From Ascidiella aspersa (Eukaryota): DNA of 64,000 nt. The first letter of the stretch is position 1. Each line of letters opens with the position of its first letter. Below are positions 35,671 through 50,834 of this stretch, piece by piece. The position numbers and the translations under genes were made by a program. The notes beneath the pieces are model-generated. The model was given only the letters and a program-made list of their open reading frames with translations, was not told the origin of the DNA and did no database searches. Location: assembly GCA_963924565.1 (NCBI GenBank), contig OZ004607.1, forward strand, positions 30,318,001 through 30,382,000, given 5' to 3'.

Positions 35671-38600
35671 TCCAGTACGTAGTATGACTCACTGCATAGG
35701 TACGCAGACGGCAGGGACGCGGGCCCCCGTCACAATAACGCCTGGCAAACTCACACGCGGTTGGATGTTGTTGTTGTTGTTGTTGATTTTCTCGCAAATC
35801 GCCTTTTACGATGAACCATTCGAAATACTAGTCCTGAACGTCTTTTCTTAAACAGGTAGGTTTTTTTCGGTAAAAATCTAATGCAATTTGTTTGGGAAGA
35901 GTAGAGTGTTTTTCTCTTGGTACGAGTATGCAATTAACTGGTAGGGTTTATCGTAAGAATCAAAACTTTAAACAGCGGAAAAACACACCTCGCAAATTGC
36001 CAAGTTCAAAATGGCGCGAGAAAATTTCCAAGTCGGGAAGTTTTGATCATATGTGGAAGGATCTCTTATCTTATCGTAAAATGCCGCACGTCGTTGTCTG
36101 TCAGGACGGAAAGAAAGGATATATTCGTTTTAGCACAAGACATTACTGAAGTGGCAATTACCAAGTCGGAAGTTTTTATCATATAGGAAAAGATTTCTAA
36201 TGGTACAACCAATAGTAGAACACCGCAAGCCTTTAACTCTTTGAAGGGGCGAAAAGACATTTTTGTTGTAGCACAAGACAACGTTACAGACATGGCATGC
36301 AGCAGACTCCAAAAGGGTTAACGGGGCTTATAAACAGTACACGTGTGGGCCCGGACAGGTCAGACACAACAAGGCAGAGCGAAAAAGACACTTTCTCCCG
36401 TCTCTTCGTAGTTGATGTATGAGCTTCGGTCGACCGACTGCTAGGTCGTGCCTTACGAACAGCTACCAGTCCGTATACAGACTTGAACTGACGGTCGATC
36501 AGCGGTAAACATGTTGTGCGCTTCGGGCGTCCAAGTCACGGTCGTTTGCTTGCGTGTTTTTCTCCCTGTAACGTGCCCCTCAATTACAGCAGCGAATCTC
36601 TATCGCGGGTTGGAGCTGGCGTTTTATTTTTCTGCTGGGAGCGAGCGGCCTTTGCTCGTCGCAACAAGCAAAGACTTTCGATCGAACGATAAACAAAGCC
36701 GATAAGGACGGACAGAAAAGCATCTTCAGCGCGGACTCGAGAAGCGCCTTTGAGTTTGAATACGTTCTTCGTCCTCGTCGACGTCCATCTTATACGAAAT
36801 TGAAAAATTATCGTCGTGCTTGTAATTTCCCCTTGGCATGTTTTGCAAGAAAAATTATGACTGTTTGCCAAAAACGGATAACTTTTTTTGTCATAAAGGC
36901 ATTGTGCGATGTTCCAAGCGGTATAAATTGGGTGAATTTTAACCGGAATGACACTCTACTTGGATCTTAAGTCTGAAATGACAAGTCCAAATGAAAAAAT
37001 TAATCGCTTTCGGAAGTTGACAATCAATAGCCTTAAGATTGCAGCTGGCCATCTATACTTCCAACTTGAACGCGACAGTCATCTCACACAAGGATACTAT
37101 AGTCTGGATCCATCTTTTCCTTTTTTCTTCACTCTTTCAAAGCAGCGGATTGAGCCTAAAGCGGATGGAAGCATCGCCGGTTACGTTTACCCGCGCTATT
37201 GAAGCAGCAGGAGCGCTGCGTTATTCCGTTCGTTCCGGCTGGCCTGACATCAACAAGCGCCCGTGTTATCTCAGGAAAGCCGCCCGCCAGGCCGCGCGCT
37301 CTCTTTGACTTGTTGGGCGTTCGTGGTAAACAGGAGCCAACGCCGCGGGGTTAAACGACCCCTTCTTAGCGATTCTAACAGCGCTGTTGTCCTCACAGAG
37401 GGTCTCCTGTCGCTAAACAGCTACCGGGGCCGCTAAAAGTTTTCACGAAGCTGTCGTATTAAAGGCAAACACAAAGAAGCATGTTGTTTGGCGATCTGTG
37501 TGCAAGCGCGGAGATAATGCGTATCGTTGCGCGCGCGTGTTTGAATTTTACTTGATGGAGGAGATTTTTGTTGCGCATGTAAAGCGGTTTAGCCTGTCCA
37601 CATGAGCGCTAGCCAGGGTAGCAATTCACGTGTTGTGTGCCATCTGCCTGGGCGAGGGTTAACATTAGAGCATCAGCTTAAAATTAAACAGCGACTGAAA
37701 TGGAGTCTTCTTGTGATCTGTGCGCAGGTTGAATAATGCATATATTTGGGTGACTTTGAGTGAAGTTGCGTGTATTGACGTCGTTTGTCCACAGTCTGAC
37801 TTCGGTGAATAAAAAGCCTAGCGGTTCCAGCATTAAGTATTAAATTGAGCAAGTTTGACTTCCTCTATAGACAACAAGTTGTTTTACGCAGGTGACCGCA
37901 TTGTCAACTTTACCAGAGATTGCGTGATAATATCCGGTTGAAGGCGAAAAGCGAAAGAAACGCCGTCGAAAAAATACGCGAAACACTTAGAATCTATTTT
38001 CGACCGGAAGGACCGAAACAGAAGCGACCGAAGCACACCAAAAAACACATCTGCGAGATGAAAAAGCGGGCGCTATTTTCGGCTGGCGACAGAAAATAGA
38101 TTGCTTTTCGCAAAGGGTGGCAATTATCTGACGACTGCATGACTCGCATCAGCCGGGTTGCCTTTGCAGCTGATCCAAATCCACCGTTCTCCTAATAAAT
38201 AATAAATCGGCGCTAAGGCCTTTCGAAGATATAATAACGCATTCCGCCCGGGTTAGCGTCGGCCATAGCAGTCGGCTTTCTATTATTATTCGTTTCGGTT
38301 GATTTTCATTTTCGATTCGGTCGCGGCGAGCAACCGGCAGAAATTAATGCGATTTGAAATCTTTACGTCCGGGGTCGGCAACCTTTTACAAGTTGCGGGC
38401 AATTCAGCAAGGTTTAATGCGGATGTGGTAAATTTCCACTGAATGTGTGTTTAAAACGGCGATGTTTGGGCATTTGATAAACTCTGCACCCTTCATACTT
38501 TCTCAACCTTTTTTCGCGGCGACACAAAAAATACACTCAAGTATAATTGCGAAGTTTTGTCAACCCGATAATCTTCATTAAACTTTTTGTAAGCGAAAAA

Positions 38601-41600
38601 AAAAAGTTTTTAAATAATATGAGCCACGTCTTGGTATTGTTTCTGCAATTTTCTTGACCATATAAGGTTGAGGAAACTAGCTGCACGAGCCTTTTACGTT
38701 TTGACAACATCAAAATTGCAAAATGAAATAAAAATTATGCTTGATTGCTGGTATTTCCGAAAGAACACAATGGCGAAGTTATTTCCCTGTTAATCTCGAT
38801 TGCGAAACAATGGCGCTGGTTCGTGATTCTTGCATGATTAAATCGTGAACGTTGCGAGTTGCCAGCTGCTATAGGATTGCTAACTTGGCAAAAAGAGATT
38901 GCGGGCTGGGTCATTAACATTAGAGAATCCATCCTTTGAAACCACGGGACCACAAATCGTCGGTAGGCGGTTGCTTTTAGCATGAAATTAATACGGGCGT
39001 CAAACAACACAATTTCAATTTTAAATGCGGGGCGGTTTCCACCTAAAAGCAGCCAACCTGAATACCTATTTCATCGAATTTCGGGAACGCTGAACCAAAG
39101 GTTTATGTATAAATAGACGGCCGAGCGTCATTACGGTTACAGGTCGTCGGGTGAACAACAAGCACCAAAATAAACCAGGCACTCAAAATAAATTGGCCGT
39201 TTATATAATCCAAGAGCCGAAAATAATATTTTCCGTCATTCGAAGATCCTAATTTGACTAAGTGGTTTTAAAATGAAAAACAAAAATTACTTTTTGCGTC
39301 TAGTACGATAACGGGTTGCACAGATTAAACAAAACTTACGCCGTATCAATCTGGTGAGCCCGAGAAAGTGATTTAAACCCAAAATGCGCTTGTCTACCCC
39401 CAAAGAAAAGCGACGTTTACGGTTGAAGTATATCCGTGTTGACATATGCCCTAATTTAAACACACATTTGAATTTAATGTTTTATTGACTACTGATATTC
39501 GCTCAAGCGTTGTGTCCCAACTACCACAAGTGGGCAAGAATTTTACGAAAATAACCGTTTTAATGGCTTAAGTAAAGAGTATTGGGCAAATGACTTCACT
39601 TAAAATTCAAGTGAAAGTTATTTTGCAAATGACGATTTGACTGGAAATAAAGTCAATTCAAAATGTTTACAACACTAAAAAGTACCCAATAAAGCCGTTA
39701 CAAAGCGGGCAATCAGGAAAATGCGAATGTGCAAGTGAAAGCCTAACAGCAGTTCCCAGCTGGACTGCCGTATGTTGCGTCGTATGGCGATCTCGGCTCG
39801 CCAGAAAAATCGCAATAATGCAATTAGGTCTAAATTAATTCGCGATTCGCAGATGGCGAGGAAATGATGATGGGTCGACTTAATCGCGATCGAACGAGCT
39901 TCGATCTGCATGTTAAAAGCAAACGCGGCAGCCGGTGGAATTGCTTCCTTTTATTGCCGATTTCGTCACATAACTTGGCCGTATTACGCATCTGACGGTG
40001 ACGTATTTTTACGTTTGTGGTAGAGTAATTGTTTTACGACCGAGATCTCACTTTGCCGTTTCTTACAAATTTGCATAGCGTCTGTATTAACTGCTACTTT
40101 CGGTAATTAAAGGCTCAGACATAAACCCTTAAAAATAACCTATAAGGACAAAGATAATCTTAAAAAAAGCAATGGGCTTTCTCAGGCTGTGAACTAGGCT
40201 AATGTATGGAAAGTCGACGTAGTGCGAGAGTAAAATTCATCCGCGAGCATTATCGAGCCCTGCGGTGTGCTATGAAATTTTCAACGATTAGTTAATTAGC
40301 ACAAGGCGCATACCAGAGTTTATACACGTCAAGCAAACGTTTACCGATCGCCAATATTCCAAACAGGACCACACAACGTAGTTTGGACGTTAAATACGCG
40401 CCGCGTCGCACGGTTATAAAAGCAAAACCGTCGTTGAGGATAATTCGGTCACGGAACGACGCAACACCAAACAGCCGAGCGAATTAGAAGGCGCTAGCAG
40501 TTTTGTACACAGCTCCGTTGAAACCAAAAGCTGAAGTTGTTTGAACTGAAGCAACGTGATATTCTGCTCATTCCACGCCGAACAACACATATAAAAATGC
40601 CGTGCACGAAATACAAACCCGTCGTTCGAGTTCTACCTAATTGCTGGAAGGTTGCAATTCGCGAGTACAATGCGCTGGGTCACGTATGTCGAACTAAAAA
40701 TAAAACCAAATCGCTACACGCGGAAAGGCATGACTCATACATGGCGCGTTTCTTTCATTGTACCACCTTCAAAGTCTTCTATGCGCATTTCGAAGCGATT
40801 TTCTGAGAAACTTTACCGCAGACAGCTGCTGGGCGTCCTGGAAGGCCATGTAAGGTATAGCGGGTTGCACCAACTGTTCACAATACATTGTAATTGGGTA
40901 TAAAGTAGTCGTATGGGCCTGACTGTAAACTTAAATTTACGTGATGGGGTATCAAGAAACAGGAAGTAGCAGAATTAGAACCTAAAGGGCAAGTTTCTTG
41001 TAACGATCCATCAAAGTTTAGAAATCTTGACGTTGTAGTAGCACGATAAGTAAAAGTCAGGTTGCCAGACTACTTAGAGACTCAAAAAGTGGGCCACGGA
41101 TACTGCGCTTTCCAAGAGCCCATGTAAACTGTTCAAATGCATCCCTTCTACGGTAAAAAAAGACCAATTTGTGGGCACCATTTTGTTCCCAAACAAAGGA
41201 CAATATTCTAAAGTACTTTGGGCTCGCTTTTGCTACAAGGCAAGCCGACCGATCGAATCGCAGGATCGCACGGACCGTCGACCAATCACGCGCCGCCGTT
41301 CGGTCATGTGATGTCGCGACCCCCGGCAGCGCCATTCCAACGGAGTAAACAATGCATTATTGATGACGCGATAACCGCGGGCTGCAGGCGAGACAAGGCA
41401 ATCGATTTGCCTCGTGCGGGAACGCCCCCCTAAGTCCCTCCCCCTGGTTACTGTTTTTTTCTTTTTTTTTGAGCGAGTTCGAACGAGTACACTCAAGTAT
41501 AGGGACTATATAGTCCAGTAAAACTAGCACCTGTTTACATGTGATTATCAGCTAAATTAAAACATCGTGGAGCATAGTATAAAGCATCAACGAACATAGT

Positions 41601-41808
41601 AGGTACGTATTCATATATTAGTGTGTTGACCGACATGTAACCGGAGTATAATCGAGTAAAGCTGGATAACCGGGTAGAGATCTACATAAATGATTACATT
41701 TGGAGTAATCAGTAAGTAAAAATCCAGTACAAAGGTAAAACAGACGTCAAAGGAAAACCCTTTTATGTTACGATGCTACGGGAAGTTTGCCACATGAACC
41801 AGTTACAC

Positions 41809-42237
41809 CAGGGGTGTCCAACAAGCGGCACGCGTGCCAAATGTGGCACGCGAACTAATAAAAATGGCACGCAAGCCCTTCCCAAAAAATACTAAAATTG
41901 TTATACAGCCAATTGCCATTGTTTGTTCACAATATAAAACAATCGCGGCAACACGACAACCAACAATTACTTTTGATAGTTGATGAAACTTTTGATATTA
42001 TAACATTATACTGTGTGGAGGCTTACAGCATATTCACACAATATTATATAGCTTGGTGTGAAGAAACAAAAGTAAGCTCCCCGAGAGACACTTTGATGAA
42101 GTGATGCGAATTTCTACTTTTTGGTAAAAAAGCGCTTTTATGATTAAAAAGAATTGGTTCGGTTACGAAACTTTGGCACGAGAAGAAGTTATAAGATAAA
42201 AATTGGCACGCCGGCATGTTTGAGTTGGACACCCCTG
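41809..42237. mobile_element. hAT-type MITE
   Basis: Perfect 14-bp TIR CAGGGGTGTCCAAC, 8-bp TSD AGTTACAC, TGGCACG subterminal repeats. Confidence 0.93.
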
Positions 42238-43793
42238 AGTTACACCTAACCAATTAACAACATAAGCGCAACCAAGTTTGACGACAGCTTTTCGACAAGT
42301 AGTTTTGCAAAAAAATAATCCCTTCGGCAACCCGCGTGCAAAAAAGAAACACGTAAGCGCCTCCGGGTCAAGTTTGTCACGATCCTCTCTATTCACGCTT
42401 CTTACTTAATTGCAAAAATCCCCTGAACACGCCGCCCGTTTGTGACACGACAGCCTCGCGGCTTTGCGATTATTTGTCACGAAGCATGTTCGTTAAAGTC
42501 GATTTTAACAATATATGGATTGCAAAATTTGGCGTAGTCGAGTCGGCACGCAATGCAATTTGATTTTTCGAATGTCATAAACTTTTTGTTTCTCAGGGCA
42601 AAATTACCAAAGACACGGGTCTTGAGAATTTCGATTTGAATACAATAAAATCCGTGTAAGGATGACGGGGTGCGTTTTTCAATCATTTCGCGATGTTGCA
42701 AATCATCATTAGACATTTATCGATATGTTATAATGCACGAGGCATCACGGTAAAAGTGAAAAGCAACTTCTGCATAATGCCATTGGACAGACCCTTCGGT
42801 TTTATCTCTGTCAGAACTTACAACCTGAACTGCTACATAACGAATTTGACAAAAACAGCCTCTATCTGTGAAAATAGCTCACTCTGATCCCTCGTAAGTG
42901 ATTCGCTTGTTTTCATTTAATAATCATTACATTAAAGCTTTACACACAATAAGAAATACCTCAACGTGTGAATCATACATTTTAGAAATACCATTTGCTT
43001 AACTACATAAGTCAAACGACTAGCTAATGGTTGTAAAAATTTCGTTCAGGATACCAACTTCTGTATGTGGTTCTCACTTTTCTTCTACGGCTAATTACGA
43101 CTTTCAACCGTTGTACTGAAAGCTATCCAGACGCCTTAGCGAAAAAAACTCTGCAGTTTACATGTTCTTCATCGCTGCTATAGGCAAGAAATTTTCCAAA
43201 ACGTGTTGCAGCGAAAAGAAACTCACGACCTTGTCAAATGCGGCGACCGATCTACGCGATACACACACGATCGGCGACACGGACCATGATCTTTCAAAAC
43301 AAGCTCCGCACAAATTCGACAGGGAAACGACGCCTGGTGAATCACACTAATCGGCAAGCCGCCTCGTAGGCACTTGAGCGGAAATCCAAGCGCCAAGGCC
43401 AATGGCGAAAGTGCATCGCGCAATCGCGTTTCCGCCACAGTCTTCGGCCGTGGGAATTGTTGAATGCCCGGCAGTGGCGCGTGTGCCTTTGGGCATTTTC
43501 TGACGCCATCCGGAGCAAGTCAGCCCTGGGGAACGGAGCGGCAGTCTTTGCACAGAGGAGCTTGCCATTTGTCCCTCGCCAATACAAGGCCGTCAACCAC
43601 CGCTGCTGCCTGTTGCAAAACTGTGTCTAATGTTCATGTCAATTTTACCCGGCCACGTACCGAGTCTGATTTGCAAGTGGCTCGAATTGCTAGTTCTGTT
43701 GTTTGCGAATTGGTGGTTTGGAGAAACAAGCTTGAAGAGAGATTTCCTTCCTCTTACAAGTTAACTTTGCGCTAACCAGGTAACCTGTTAGAG

Positions 43794-44150
43794 CAGCGGT
43801 TCTCAACCAGTGGGCCATGGCTCACTGGTGGGCCATGGAAGCTTTTTAGGTGGGCCACAGACAAATTAAAAAAAGCTAGATTTATTGAAGAATTTAGTTT
43901 AATTTGTGTCACTATACTTAATTTTACAGGAATAATGGTTTGGAATGTAAATGAAACGTAAATTTATTGTTCAGAAGCAAGTACCTCACTAATGCACGGT
44001 TGAATAAATAATAATCTGTTTTGTTATATGCTCCACTGTTTTTTGTTCTAAACCTTTTTTATAGTTTGTTCTTTCATAAAAAATTATTGGGCCACAAAAT
44101 TTATGTGCAACGAAAATGGGCCACGAAAGAAAAAAGGTTGAGAACCACTG
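43794..44150. mobile_element. hAT (Charlie/Buster-like) MITE
   Basis: TIR CAG(C/T)GGTTCTCAACC, 8-bp TSD TGTTAGAG, TGGGCCA subterminal repeats. Confidence 0.93.
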
Positions 44151-44923
44151 TGTTAGAGGAAGGAATTGCAAAACTCGATTTATCTTTAAGTAGAGAGCTG
44201 CAATACTTTAAGTAGTTTTTGTTAAGTAGAGAGCTGCAATAGCTCAAACCACAAGAAGGGCATATTATGAGTAGCTTTAACAGCTTTTGAAGCTACGACC
44301 AAAATCACAGTTTTCGGAGTCAAAGAAAAGTTAATAACTTTGCGCGAAAAAAAGTAACTTGTAGTAAGAAGGAAATGCGAAAAATCGATTATTCTTTAGG
44401 TATAGGGCTGCCATACTTTAACAACGCCATAAGAGCATATTATAGGAGTAGCTTGTAAAGCTCCAGTAAGAACAAAAACACAGTTTTTAGAGTCAAAAGG
44501 AAAAAACTATTTTTTTAATTGAACTACATTCTTTAATAATCTCCAGTTCAACAAGAAAAAGCCGAGCGATTTTCAAATCAGTAAATCAAAATCAAACACT
44601 TTGGATTGTTGAACCACAGCGGAGTGACCAAATCGTGCAGCCATTTTGGGAACAATAAAGAAATGCCGTGTCTCGCATAGGTTGACCAGGGGAACACTAG
44701 AACATGGCAGATTGCGCGTTATATGTCAAGGAGATAATCCATCCGATCTCCGGTCTGAATTCAAATGTTAACCTAAAAACCGAACGAAATCGTCTGCTAA
44801 TGTGTCTGACATTTGACGCATTTAACAACGCGGGTCACATTTTTTTAACCCGTGTCACACCAGCGAACACGCTAATAAACAAACGGCCAGAATTAAGGCC
44901 TCGTCTTAGCAGAAACACTAGAA

Positions 44924-45157
44924 CAGTGGTTCTTACCCTTTTTCCGTACTGGACCCCTTTCAAATCACCAAGCAATTCTCGCACCCCTTCTAGAATTGCA
45001 CCAAAACCAATGTAATTTTATTTTTATACAAGTAACTGATAACACAATACCAAAATGTGAAATTACAGTAATCATTTTCTGTGTGTTATTCAGAATCCCC
45101 ACACCCCCTTGGAACAGTTCTTGCACCTCTTGGGGCACCCCTGGTTAAGAAACCCTG
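44924..45157. mobile_element. hAT (Charlie/Buster-like) MITE
   Basis: CAGTGGTTCTTACCC...GGTTAAGAAACCCTG, 8-bp TSD CACTAGAA. Confidence 0.88.
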
Positions 45158-48100
45158 CACTAGAATCATGACAAAAAACTTATTGAACATTGGAAATCTG
45201 ATAACGACAAAGTGTTTGCGTGGCCTGGAATGGCAGAATTCCAAGTCTGAAACAGCATACCCCTTCAGCCTAGCACATAACGCAAGACGAACAACAGTAC
45301 ACCTCGGAAAGGCTGGAGTCCTAAAAGTTGAGTTCTCAAGCGGTAATGAACCAGACTTGACCCGGTCGGCTTACTAGCAATTGGAATGCGCGGTGGTTGG
45401 GCGGCGTGGTTCGCTACAAGGCTTAGTTGTGCCGTTTATGAGTTAGAACAAACCAACACGGGCGCCTTGGGAAATTACGATGCCTAAGAGTTAGCCGCAA
45501 CTGAGAAGCGAAATTCCAGTGCCGTTAAAGCGAGTGTTGCTTACTTAGAGCGTAATTGGAAATGTAGCTTTGTACTGTGGAGAAGGTCTGGTTTGTGGAT
45601 TGACTGTGATAAGCCGTTACAGCTCGTTCGCGTAAACCAGCACGATATCGCATCGACGCAAGGTCTTAATTCGTGGTTCTTAAAAAAAAATTAACTTGCG
45701 GCACAAAAAAGAGTATTGGCTGCACACTTTCCACAAAACAACAATTCCATATATTGACAGTCGACTTTCATAATATGTACTTAAGGCAATAGGTAGGTAA
45801 AAAACCTAAACATTATCAGTTTTCCAATGAATAGTGTGCATCCGAATCTCGCTCGTACGCATGTCTCTTTTTCGACTTTTTTTTAATTCCAAGGTTACGC
45901 AACACACTTGTAAATCTTCAACCCACACTAGAATGCCGCGGCACATAGTTTGAGAATCACCGGTCTAAATACAGAAGAGCAACGATGGAAAGAAACGGAA
46001 CAAATTTGATTTGGTGGTGGTCTTTCCCCCGTACGGCCTTGGTCCAAACGAAATCTCGTTTCAGAGTTTCGCGTTCCTCAAAGCCGACAGGAAATTGCTG
46101 GTGAGGCACTGCTCGGCTTACAACAAAATCGGGCCATCGCCCATGGCTATTTATAGAGTGCCAGAAGTCCTTTGGAAATTCCCAGGGCACGGCACCCGGA
46201 CCGAAATTCAACGCGAAAAACAGCAAAAATCAACGAAACTGCGCAACGGCTTAAACTTGGTGAAGATTTAGCTGGCATTTTGGCAAACGCGCAGACTGGG
46301 CGTGTATTGCGGCGAAAAAAGCACGACGCGAAATTACGGCGAAGTTTACGGCCGTGGAGCTAAGCGGATTGAAAGCCGATGTTTGCTTACGGCGCACAGC
46401 GGGCGCAATCCAAATGTGGTTTCGAGCGCTTGAATGGCGAAACCTACAAATCGAAAAGGAATCAAGTCCCGTCGAAAATTGAGTTCAACGAAAGAAACCA
46501 GGCCCATCGACATTGACATGGAGGGCTTAACAAAATAAAGCTTTAAAACGCCTTTTTCAAATGGCGAAGTGTCGAAATTTATTTAACGTTTTATTATGCC
46601 GCGTTTTCGTTGATAACAGCACAAAAAACTTTAGGTCGCAAATCGGTTGAATAAGTTTTCATCACGAGGAAAAAACGCATTTTTCTTTGAAATGGAAAGG
46701 CGCTGAGCTTTAATGAAGAACGTGGAAAACGCTGCGAAATTGTATTTGGCGCTTCAGGGTCGCAACAACACTTAAACAAACAACGCTAGTGCCTTGACGG
46801 ACGGACTACCAAGCCCGGCTGCGCGTTTCATTGCGGGGCTGTTTTGAGGTAAACAAGGCCAGGTGAGACACGTCTTGGTCACTTGGTCAGGTGACTGGGC
46901 AACTTCAGAAGAAGTCGAGTAACTTTTACATTGTTTTTCGTGTCAGTACGGCTGGCTGTTTTTTAAACCGGACATGTAAACTCACCGGCCGAAAGTTGGT
47001 AAAAGGAAATTGCGCTTAAAAAGAAACGAGGTTTCACGAAGATGCTTTGTAAACAGGCATTCATAGTCGTTGAGATAGCAAGATGCAATCGTTGCACACT
47101 ACGTGCAAAAGGCCAAAAACACGTTCTACAAAACACGTCAACATACATTATGTGCAATCCGTTTATTTCGCCTTAAAAAGAATTCCAAGAAGCGTCGTTT
47201 ACACCAGGGGTTCACAAAGTCCGAATAAGTGAGCCTGGTGAGATTTTTAAGTGTGCCGTGTATTGTTTTGTAATTTTATATAAGAAAAAATCATCAAATG
47301 CACATACAGACAAACATGCGAGCCTTTAATCCTCACTATATGTTGGTTAACTGCAGAGATTATGATATTTACCCATAGTATTCCGTGTAGTAAGGAAGAG
47401 AGTTATAATTGATCTGCAGTGTTATTTAACGACTTTGTTAAAACAAAATGGGTCGCGATTTTTTATAATTTTTAAGTCAGCCGCTTTACCCAAAAAAACA
47501 AGTAAAAGATACAAAAAAACTCTACGTGCCATCCTTACAACAACGGTCCCGTCGACTTTAGAAGCAACGACATCGGCGGCGCGTTTTCAGCAAATGGAAA
47601 GGGGTTGAGGGGGGATGTGCCGCGCCGGTTACAGCAGCACCGTCTGCGGCCGGTAAAGCCCTCGGACAAAACAAATAGACGTCGTATGCGCTCGCCGCCG
47701 GTTGTCCACGATATCGACGTGTGCGCGTTGAATCGATAAAGGCAGCAAGAAGCAACACAAAGGATAACGCCGAAGCGAAATCTTATTTCGGTTTTGCTAG
47801 AACGCTATCTTGATCGCACTGCCCACGTATTCCCTACTGTTTTTTTTATCTACAGCAAAGGTGAATTGCTTTGCATTAAAAAAGGGATACATCTCGCTAA
47901 TAATTGGTTTACCGAAGCGATTTTGCAAGGGTATGTTTGTAGAAACATTGGGCGCCAGGTCTTTGCTTTAAAGCTTTAAAGTTTAACAAAGCTACGTTCC
48001 CCATTTTAAAGCCACGTTCCTCAATTAAACGATTGACTGTTTTACGTGTGACAAGTGAAATTATATGAGTGCGTCACAGTTACCAGTGCCAAACTAAAGA

Positions 48101-48369
48101 TACAATTACGTTGTTGCTCAGAAATAAAACTGTTTAAACTTTACACTTAAGCACAAATCTGAATCTAACTGACCAACTACTATTTTTCTACGCCGTACAT
48201 TACTAAATTCACAGCAACACATCATAACAGCTGTATTATTCAGTCAAAACTACTTTACAGCACTATCACACAGGGGCAGCTTGCCTTCAACTGCGAGCGT
48301 AAGCTAACACCAGTCCAACACCTTGCCCACCGCCTACGCTACTGCAAATATCAACTGCCGGGCTGCTTC

Positions 48370-49350
48370 ACCTCAAAGTCCTCGCACACTGCAAAGGCAC
48401 TCGAAGCCGACAATGGGCCCAAGTCACCGGGTAAGATCTAAAAAAACAGCGGCGCGCCGTCAGCACTCGGCAGTACATCAACAAGCGAGTAAATGAGCGA
48501 CGGTCGACGGCGGCAGCGCCAGTAACAACGCCAGCAGTTCCTAGAAAGCAGCGGCGCGCGTACATGGCGTTCATAACTCCAAGCAGAAGGCGAGAAGCGA
48601 CGAGCTTATTCCGCGCGCGCGCATACTCGACGACACGCGGCCCGGCGCGCCGCACACACACGCGAGCGCGCGCGCTCTCTCTCTCGCCGCCGACTACTGC
48701 TGCTGCTGCTAGTGCTGCTGCTGCTAGTGCTGCTGCTGTTGTCAAGACGGTTTCGACAAAGCGGCTTGCTTTTTATCCACTACCAGTTTCCAAGGCTGTT
48801 TCAAAAGGCATCGGGCTGCCTTTCCCCGCAATAGTTTACTAAGAAGCCTGAAATTTAGGGCTAGCTTACATTTTCGCCTTAAAATAACCCTGTATTTTAC
48901 CTCGTCACTAAAATAACCAATGTTCTCACCTCGTTACGTCTTAGCGTTGCAAAATCGGCACAAATTAAAAGTCAAAAAAACGCACACAAATCAATGCAAA
49001 CCGGCAGTCAACCAATCTGTATAACTAGGAACTTTATGAACTGACGGCGGCGGCGCTGAGCTAGGAGCAAGTATGAGCAAACAACGGTAAGCGTTTCGGG
49101 TGCAGCGCTTTCTACGTCACGGGAATAGTGGCGCGAGCGCTCGGCCGTTTTTTTCCACTCGAACCTAAGATGGCCGCCGCCGCCGCAGCAGCAGCAGAAT
49201 TTTGCTAGCGGCGAAATCGGCGAGCGTGAAAATGTGCGGCCGGGTAAGGGTTCGACAGCATTGGACCGATTCGATACGCTACTGCTGCTGCTGTTTAAAA
49301 GTTTGCAAAAAAGCACAGGTCGAAATGAAAAGTTCGGAGTTCGGACCAAA
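48370..49350. promoter_or_regulatory. CpG-rich promoter/5'-UTR-like island, candidate ASH1L promoter
   Basis: GCGC, CTG and GCC runs; CCAAT (~49012), ACGTCA (~49115), YY1-type AAGATGGCCGCC (~49167); minus-strand splice signals at 48929, 48848 and 48371. Confidence 0.5.
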
Positions 49351-50834
49351 CACTTGTTAAGGTAAAGCTACCGTACTTTTTGGACCCAATAAATATCGAC
49401 TATCCTTACAGCAACGCAAACACTCTGTTTTAAACATAATTTTAACAAATCGCATTTCCGTATCTTTTTAGTGCAAAAGTAAATCCTAACACCTTTTTGT
49501 CACTTAGTCAGCAAAACAAAACTTTGACTCTTAGTAGTAAGGGTAGAGCGCCGTAACAGTCCTAATATTTGTTTGCAGAAAACCCATTTAAAATGACGCC
49601 GATTCGATACAAGAACTTTCAGCCCGCTAGCCATATCCGCGGCGAGTATACAATACTCTTTTTCCCGCCAAACTCTGAGTACAACTTTGCTTGGATCATT
49701 TGAAAAGTGCAAGTATATCTACAGTAATACCACGCTTTTGTGTTTTCCCCCCGTTGGCTAATCTATACGACCATTAACAAATGCATTTTGGCAAACAAAC
49801 ACAAAAATTGCATGGAATCGGAATGTAAAGAGCTGATTACTAGTTAACGCGCCGTACAGATTAACCACATTCAACTGTTTTTTCGTAGATAACAAAATAT
49901 TGCCGACATCAAAAGCGACTCTTCTACAGAAAAACAAAATGCCGCGAAGTAAAAACACGGCCCGGCCAAGCACAAAGGCGTCCCCGGCGACCCGAAAAGT
50001 CGTTTCACGCTTTTGCGGAAGCCCCGTTAATGGCGCGTTGACACCTTGGAAAATAGAGGCGCGGCCAAGCGGAACCGGGGAAAACGTGCCGAGCCGTAGT
50101 TGGCGAAAATCGGACGATTTTTTGACGAAAAGGGGCCCAAAAGACGTCCCTCTTTTTTCGCTTTCGCTTTTTTCTCCGCGGCTGCTTTTTGGCCTTTTGC
50201 AAACATACGTTTCTTTCTCTGTAGAACAAACTTGGCTTTATTGGATAAAAGGACAAAACAGAATTGCCCGGACAATGTATTTTTATTGCAAAAAGTTGAT
50301 ATCAAGGTTGACACTTTCAGAAATATCGGTCAGCCTGTTGTAACATTTTTCGGAGATTGGATTAGACTTTAGCACTGGCTTTAACGGTCAGCCTGTATAA
50401 ATTCAAATTTTAATTATCCAAAATAAACACTAAAAAGTTGTATCAGGAAAACACGCTTGCTAATAAATGGAGTAACTAACCAATGTTATAACTACAAATA
50501 TACATTTTTTTCTCGTTTCGCCGATTTTCTACATAACAAGCCAGCTCGAGAAATAAAAGTTCGAATGAATTTGCCAAGATAAATTTTTACCAATGATTCA
50601 TGTTTAAGCTGTTGGGCCCTCAATACATTTGCGGGTTGTTCGTCACGAAAGAAATGACATCATTCAAATCAGTGTACCCATTTTTTTTGTGTTACATGCG
50701 ATCGACACATATTAATCTAATAAAGTCTTCCCAAACCTTGGGTAGTCTATAAATACAACCGGCCTACAACTGTAAAACACAGGAAAGGATTCGGGAAGAA
50801 CGTTAACTTTATTCCTGTTAAGGGTATCTTAAGG

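Noticed and set aside
48368-48745. 125-aa Ala/Arg-rich ORF
   Set aside because: Non-ATG start, built from CTG and GC repeats in a promoter-like island.
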